From: Synechococcus elongatus PCC 6301
GTDB taxonomy: Bacteria > Cyanobacteriota > Cyanobacteriia > Synechococcales > Synechococcaceae
Direction: 5' to 3'
Length of the DNA: 32,000 nucleotides
Assembly: GCF_000010065.1 (NCBI RefSeq)
Contig: NC_006576.1
Coordinates: 540,001 to 572,000 of the forward strand
Shown here: in pieces, positions 27,550 through 32,000 of the stretch
Layout of the letters: each line of letters begins with the position of its first letter
Numbering within the stretch: position 1 is the stretch's first letter
Notes under the pieces: generated by a model
What the model was told of the DNA's origin: nothing
The model's database searches: none
The model's input: only the letters and a program-made list of their open reading frames with translations
Translations under genes and position numbers: made by a program

Positions 27550-29508
27550 CTAATCCAAGCTGAGATAGGTATACCGCTGTAGACCCTCTTCATAATGGCG
27601 AAGCAGCCGCTGGGCTTCATCTAAACTGATTTGATCCTGTTGCAAAGCAGCTTCAGTTTGCTGGCGTAGACGTTCTAGAAGCTGTTCCGTATCGTATTGG
27701 ACATAGCCCAAGACTTCGCCCATCGTGTCACCTTTAACCACATGCTCAATGCTGTAGCCCTTAGGCGTCAGTTTGATATGGACGGCATTGGTATCCCCAA
27801 ACAGGTTATGAAGATTACCCATAATCTCTTGGTAGGCACCGCCTAAAAACATCCCTAAAACGTAGGGTTGGTCGGGCTGGAGCGAATGAAGTTCTAACGT
27901 AGATTTGACATCTAGCAAGTCAATAAAGCGATCAATTTTGCCATCGCTATCACAGGTCAGATCTGCAAGCGTTACCCGCTGATTAGGCTCTTCATTCAGA
28001 CGATGAATCGGCATGATTGGGAAGAGCTGATCGATCGCCCAAGTATTGGGAGCTGATTGGAAGACGGAGAGGTTGACGTAATAAATCGACGCCATCACCC
28101 GTTCTAGATCTTCGAGATCTTCAGGAATGCGGTCGAGTTGCTTCAAGAACTCCTGAATCCGATGGCAGCAGCTCCAAAAGAGTCGCTCTGCTTTGGCGCG
28201 CTCTGTCAAACTCAAATAGCCCAAGCGGAAGGCAGAAACCGCATCTTCCTTGAGTTTGAAGGCATCGTGATAGCACTCCTGCAGATTCTCAAGGGCGATC
28301 GCTTCCAAGACTTCGTAAAGGGTGCGGACGATCGCAGAATCCTCTTCCTGAGGTGGTTCCACGGCAGCCCGAGGCACCTCGCTACTGCCCAACACATCAA
28401 ATACCAACACCGATTGGTGAGAGGCGATCGCGCGCCCACTCTCACTCGTTAAGGTCGGGACAGCCAGCCGGTGTGCCTGACAAGCATCCTTAATCGTGGC
28501 AACCACATCGTTGGCGTAGGTCTGCATGTTGTAGTTTTTCGAGGCGTGGAAGTTGGTCTTCGAACCGTCGTAATCGACCCCCAAACCACCACCAACATCG
28601 AGATAACGCATGTCTGCGCCCAAGGCGGCCAGTTGCACATAGATCTGCGCTGCTTCTTGGATCGCATCCTTGAGCACGCTGATATCAGAAATTTGCGAGC
28701 CGATATGGAAGTGCAGCAGTTGCAGACAGTGCAGCAGGTTCGCTGCCTGAAGTTCCTCGACTGCCGCCACAATCTCGGGCATGGTCAGACCAAACTTGGC
28801 GCGATCGCCTGCCGAACTGCCCCAGCGCCCCATTCCTCTGGCGTTGAGCTTGGCACGCACACCTAAAATGGGTTCGATCCCCAAGCGCTGGCTGGCGGCG
28901 ATCGCAACGTCCACTTCTTCCAGTTGCTCAATCACAAGGATGGGCGTTTTGCCCAAGCGCCGTCCCAGAATCGCCGTTTCGATATAGTCCCGATCTTTAT
29001 AGCCGTTGCAGATCAGCAACGCCCCCGGCGTATCCAAGTGCGCCAGGGCAATTAATAGTTCCGGCTTTGAACCCGCTTCTAGCCCAAATTGAAAAGGACG
29101 CCCATAGTTGACCAAACTTTCGATCAAATGGCGCTGCTGGTTGCACTTGACGGGGAAAACGCCCCGATACTCACCGGCATAGTTATAACGAGCGATCGCT
29201 TTGGCAAAGCAAGCATTCAACCGCTCGATCCGGTCTTCCAAAATATCGGGAAAGCGGATCAGCAAGGGCAGATTCAGGCCCCGCCGCCGCAGCGCTTCTA
29301 CGAGTTCATAAAGGTCGAGGGAGCCGCCGCGATCGCCTTGGGGTGAAACGGTAATGTGACCGGCAGCATTGATACCAAAGTAAGGCTCACCCCAGCCCTG
29401 AATCCGATAGAGCGCTTCGCTGTCTTCAATGCGCCACTGCTGCGACTCAACAGCTACCGCCAAGGGTGCGATCGCCGTTTGTTCAGCCGCCATGAGTTTC
29501 TCCACCAA
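27550..29508 (-). CDS. speA: Biosynthetic arginine decarboxylase
   Basis: GYRGVFPVKCNQQRHLIE, GLEAGSKPELLIAL, CNGYKDRDYIE, LHFHIGSQISDI, LDVGGGLGVDYDGS, LTSESGRAIASHQS. Confidence 0.95.
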   Translation of the reverse strand: MVEKLMAAEQTAIAPLAVAVESQQWRIEDSEALYRIQGWGEPYFGINAAGHITVSPQGDRGGSLDLYELVEALRRRGLNLPLLIRFPDILEDRIERLNACFAKAIARYNYAGEYRGVFPVKCNQQRHLIESLVNYGRPFQFGLEAGSKPELLIALAHLDTPGALLICNGYKDRDYIETAILGRRLGKTPILVIEQLEEVDVAIAASQRLGIEPILGVRAKLNARGMGRWGSSAGDRAKFGLTMPEIVAAVEELQAANLLHCLQLLHFHIGSQISDISVLKDAIQEAAQIYVQLAALGADMRYLDVGGGLGVDYDGSKTNFHASKNYNMQTYANDVVATIKDACQAHRLAVPTLTSESGRAIASHQSVLVFDVLGSSEVPRAAVEPPQEEDSAIVRTLYEVLEAIALENLQECYHDAFKLKEDAVSAFRLGYLSLTERAKAERLFWSCCHRIQEFLKQLDRIPEDLEDLERVMASIYYVNLSVFQSAPNTWAIDQLFPIMPIHRLNEEPNQRVTLADLTCDSDGKIDRFIDLLDVKSTLELHSLQPDQPYVLGMFLGGAYQEIMGNLHNLFGDTNAVHIKLTPKGYSIEHVVKGDTMGEVLGYVQYDTEQLLERLRQQTEAALQQDQISLDEAQRLLRHYEEGLQRYTYLSLD

Positions 29509-29546
29509 TGCCCTGCTAGTCTAGCCTGCGGCTCAGTCTGGCACGG

Positions 29547-30050
29547 CTAGGGCAGCTCAATCCACTGGGTTTGTTCAGGGGTGAGCAAGTAGGCCGACAG
29601 ATGGGAAACACTGGAGAGGAAGGCATAGCGCAGACGATGCCCTCCATCAATTAAGACAGGCAGTACGGTCGCTGGATGTTCTTGCCGTGCTTGCGCCACA
29701 ATCAAGGGCCGACTGAGGTCAAAGTCTTCGAGTCCTTTCAGGGCGCGATCGATCCGTAAATCATTGATCGACCGTCCCTTTTCCAGCCGGTTTTTGTCGC
29801 GAAAAGGACTGGGCTGCTCAGGATGAGGATAATCAATGCCCTCAAAACGCGCCATGGCCGGCACATGGATGTGATTACGTAGGCAAGCCACTTGGCCTTG
29901 GGCAATTAGAGATTTTGCCTTGGCAACGCTCCAGACTCGACGGTAGAAGCGAAATTGCTCATCACACTCGGGATAGGGCAGGGTTTGGCGAAAGCGCTCG
30001 TATTCCAGCTCACTCGGTAACCAGCGGGTTGGGGCAGTCAGGATGGGCAT
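29547..30050 (-). CDS. Hypothetical protein with ParB/sulfiredoxin-like motif
   Basis: 167 aa; RPLIVAQARQEHPATVLPVLIDGGHRLRYAFL. Confidence 0.5.
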   Translation of the reverse strand: MPILTAPTRWLPSELEYERFRQTLPYPECDEQFRFYRRVWSVAKAKSLIAQGQVACLRNHIHVPAMARFEGIDYPHPEQPSPFRDKNRLEKGRSINDLRIDRALKGLEDFDLSRPLIVAQARQEHPATVLPVLIDGGHRLRYAFLSSVSHLSAYLLTPEQTQWIELP

Positions 30051-30243
30051 CGCGTTAACCCTGAAAGTGCTTAACCATCCAAGCTAGGCTGGCACCAGCT
30101 TTCAATTCGTAGCTGTAGCTACTGTTTGCGCTGGCAGCGCTAGGGTTGTTGCAAGTCTTATTCAAGTTCGTGGCGATCACTGACTTCACTTAATCTGTTG
30201 CAAGCTGAAGTTGAGTGCTTCCCCGTCCGTTTCCCCCCTTTGC

Positions 30244-31038
30244 ATGACCTACTGCCTCGGCATCGTCACCCAAGCTGGCCTGATCATGGCGGCTGACTCT
30301 CGCACCAATGCGGGCATCGACTACATCTCGACTTATCAGAAACTGTTTGACTTTTCGCTGCCGGGTGACCGCACCATTGTCATCTGCTGCTCGGGTAACC
30401 TCTCGATTACCCAAGCGGTGCTGAGTCAACTCCGGCGGGATCTCGCCGGTCATTTCGACATCAATCTGCACAGTCTGCCAACGATGTACGACTTGGCTCG
30501 CTACCTCGGCCAAAAAGTGCGGCAACTGCAAGAGAGCGACCGCGATTGGCTGAAGCAAGATGGCATCGACTTCTATTGCAACTTCTTGCTGGGCGGACAG
30601 ATTCGCGGCGGCCCGATCGAGCTTTACTTGGTCTACGGCCAAGGTAACTGCATCCACGCCACCCCCGAAACGCCCTATCTCCAGATCGGGGAAACCAAGT
30701 ACGGCAAGCCCATTCTCGATCGCACGATCAGTTTTGATACCTCCCTCGACATGGCCGCCAAATGTGCGCTGATGTCCTTAGATTCCACGATGCGATCGAA
30801 TCTTTCCGTCGGGCCACCCCTCAACCTGGCTCGCTACGAACGCGATAGCTTGGTGGCTCCGATGCTAGTTCAGTTCCCCGCCGGCCATGAATATTTGGTG
30901 GAAATGCGCCGTCGCTGGGAAATTTCCCTCAAGGATGCCTTCATGCGGCTACCAGATATCGACTGGAGTCGACAGTTAATGCGATCGCTCAGTCCAGTAA
31001 GCGAGTCAGTGCCACTTGATAGTTCAGAGTTGAACTAA
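30244..31038 (+). CDS. Anbu/HslV-like proteasome-type protease
   Basis: MTYCLGIVTQAGLIMAADSRTNAGIDYISTYQKLFDFSLPGDRTIVICCSGNLS; Thr immediately after Met. Track ORF starts at 30211; Met12 at 30244 preferred. Confidence 0.9.
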   Translation: MTYCLGIVTQAGLIMAADSRTNAGIDYISTYQKLFDFSLPGDRTIVICCSGNLSITQAVLSQLRRDLAGHFDINLHSLPTMYDLARYLGQKVRQLQESDRDWLKQDGIDFYCNFLLGGQIRGGPIELYLVYGQGNCIHATPETPYLQIGETKYGKPILDRTISFDTSLDMAAKCALMSLDSTMRSNLSVGPPLNLARYERDSLVAPMLVQFPAGHEYLVEMRRRWEISLKDAFMRLPDIDWSRQLMRSLSPVSESVPLDSSELN

Positions 31039-31852
31039 TTCCAGGGGCGTAGTAAGTGCCCTCAGTGGGTGCTGTCTGAGCTGGTAGGGGAGCACTGGCC
31101 ACAGCAATGTGGGTTTCGGCCGTGGCGAGGCCGATGGTTGGATCAAAACCTCGCCAGCCTGCTCCTGGCAAATAGATTTCGGCCCAAGCGTGGAGGTCGA
31201 ACTGCTCTGCTTCGGGGCCACCCCAGTGGTAGCCACTGACAAATCGGCCTGCCAGTCCCACAGCCCGACAGACCTCTAGAAAGACCGCCGTAGTATCTCG
31301 GCAGGAGCCTTGACCCAGGGCTAGAGTTTGACCGGGCCAACGGGGATCGCCGAAGGGGCGCTGAACGTAGCGGATTCGCTCGTAGAGGTATTGATTGAGC
31401 AGCAGCAAAAACGAGATCGTGTCGTTTTTAGCCTGCTCCAAGAGCTGCTGAGCCAAGCGCAAACAGGCTGGATCAAACCCGCCTGGTAGGTAGCTCTGGC
31501 GATAGGGCAGCAGGCGATCGCTCTGGGATTGCGCCTCAGAGCGCAGGGGTAGGCGAACGGCCCAAGGCTCTAGCAGGAACTCAAACGGATTTTCGAGACA
31601 GGTCACGACTTCAGCGATCGCTTGCAGCTTGACATGATCGCAGGGGTCATTGAACCAAGCGCGCTGACAGAGATTGCCGTCGAGCTCTTGAACTTCGAAC
31701 AAGCGATCGGGCTGGGGCTGAATTTGCAACTGAAACGATCGCAATTGCTGGAAGTGATTGCCACGCGGTTGCAGCCGGATCCAGTGAGGATGAAGGTCGA
31801 CCGGAGCATCGTAGTAATACTCAATCTGATGCTGAATGCGAAAGTGGGGCAT
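30989..31852 (-). CDS. Transglutaminase-like protein
   Basis: IQHQIEYYYDAPVDLHPHWIRLQPR; GQGSCRDTTAVFLEVCRAVGLAGRFVSGYHW...DLHAWAEIYLPGAGWRGFDPTIG (Cys-His-Asp triad). Confidence 0.92.
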   Translation of the reverse strand: MPHFRIQHQIEYYYDAPVDLHPHWIRLQPRGNHFQQLRSFQLQIQPQPDRLFEVQELDGNLCQRAWFNDPCDHVKLQAIAEVVTCLENPFEFLLEPWAVRLPLRSEAQSQSDRLLPYRQSYLPGGFDPACLRLAQQLLEQAKNDTISFLLLLNQYLYERIRYVQRPFGDPRWPGQTLALGQGSCRDTTAVFLEVCRAVGLAGRFVSGYHWGGPEAEQFDLHAWAEIYLPGAGWRGFDPTIGLATAETHIAVASAPLPAQTAPTEGTYYAPGISSTLNYQVALTRLLD

Positions 31853-31855
31853 AGG

Positions 31856-32000
31856 TTACGCCACAATCGCATCGAGCGTGAAGAAGGTCTCAAAAATTTG
31901 CTGATCAACGTGGTTCATTTTTTGTTCGAGATCATCGAGAAATTCATGTAAGCCAATCTCAAAAATTTCAGCCATTGTTAAATAGCCTAATTCAGCGCTG
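31856..32000 (-). CDS. C-terminus of alpha-E (DUF403) domain protein, partial at window edge
   Basis: Hand translation SAELGYLTMAEIFEIGLHEFLDDLEQKMNHVDQQIFETFFTLDAIVA* matches the alpha-E C-terminal pattern. Confidence 0.75.
   Translation of the reverse strand, partial: SAELGYLTMAEIFEIGLHEFLDDLEQKMNHVDQQIFETFFTLDAIVA

Noticed and set aside
1-32000. tRNA or rRNA genes
   Set aside because: No T-arm-like GGTTCGAATCC pattern or rRNA sequence was recognised on either strand by eye; tRNAscan-SE or Infernal would be needed to exclude them.

Overview
The gene content and order, plus very frequent GCGATCGC (HIP1) palindromes, fit a cyanobacterial chromosome, most likely Synechococcus elongatus; this assignment is inferred, not searched. 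Left part: pyruvate dehydrogenase E2 gene, an MltR-like/possible HEPN-type protein, and a type I restriction-modification locus on the minus strand, transcribed hsdM -> small ORF -> Rpn/PD-(D/E)XK-like nuclease -> two free-standing copies of its C-terminal module -> short basic ORF -> hsdS -> hsdR. Middle: DUF1517 gene, thiS, thiE, RodZ-like gene, then the full duplicated phycocyanin rod locus (minus strand, cpcB1-cpcA1-cpcH-cpcI-cpcD-cpcB2-cpcA2-cpcE-cpcF). Right part: SpoIID-like gene, thyX, a phytol/dolichol kinase-like gene, a GIY-YIG-like gene, an NTF2-like gene, a CyanoP-like lipoprotein gene, speA, and an Anbu (proteasome-like)/transglutaminase/alpha-E cluster. The best novelty candidate is the cassette inside the type I R-M operon. 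The nuclease gene ends in a module that is repeated twice downstream as separate ORFs, and all three copies carry the same AGGAG-6 nt-ATG-CCT-TAC-ATC start context. This suggests internal translation and a duplicated intragenic-antitoxin-like element. No tRNA, rRNA, CRISPR array or transposase gene was recognised.
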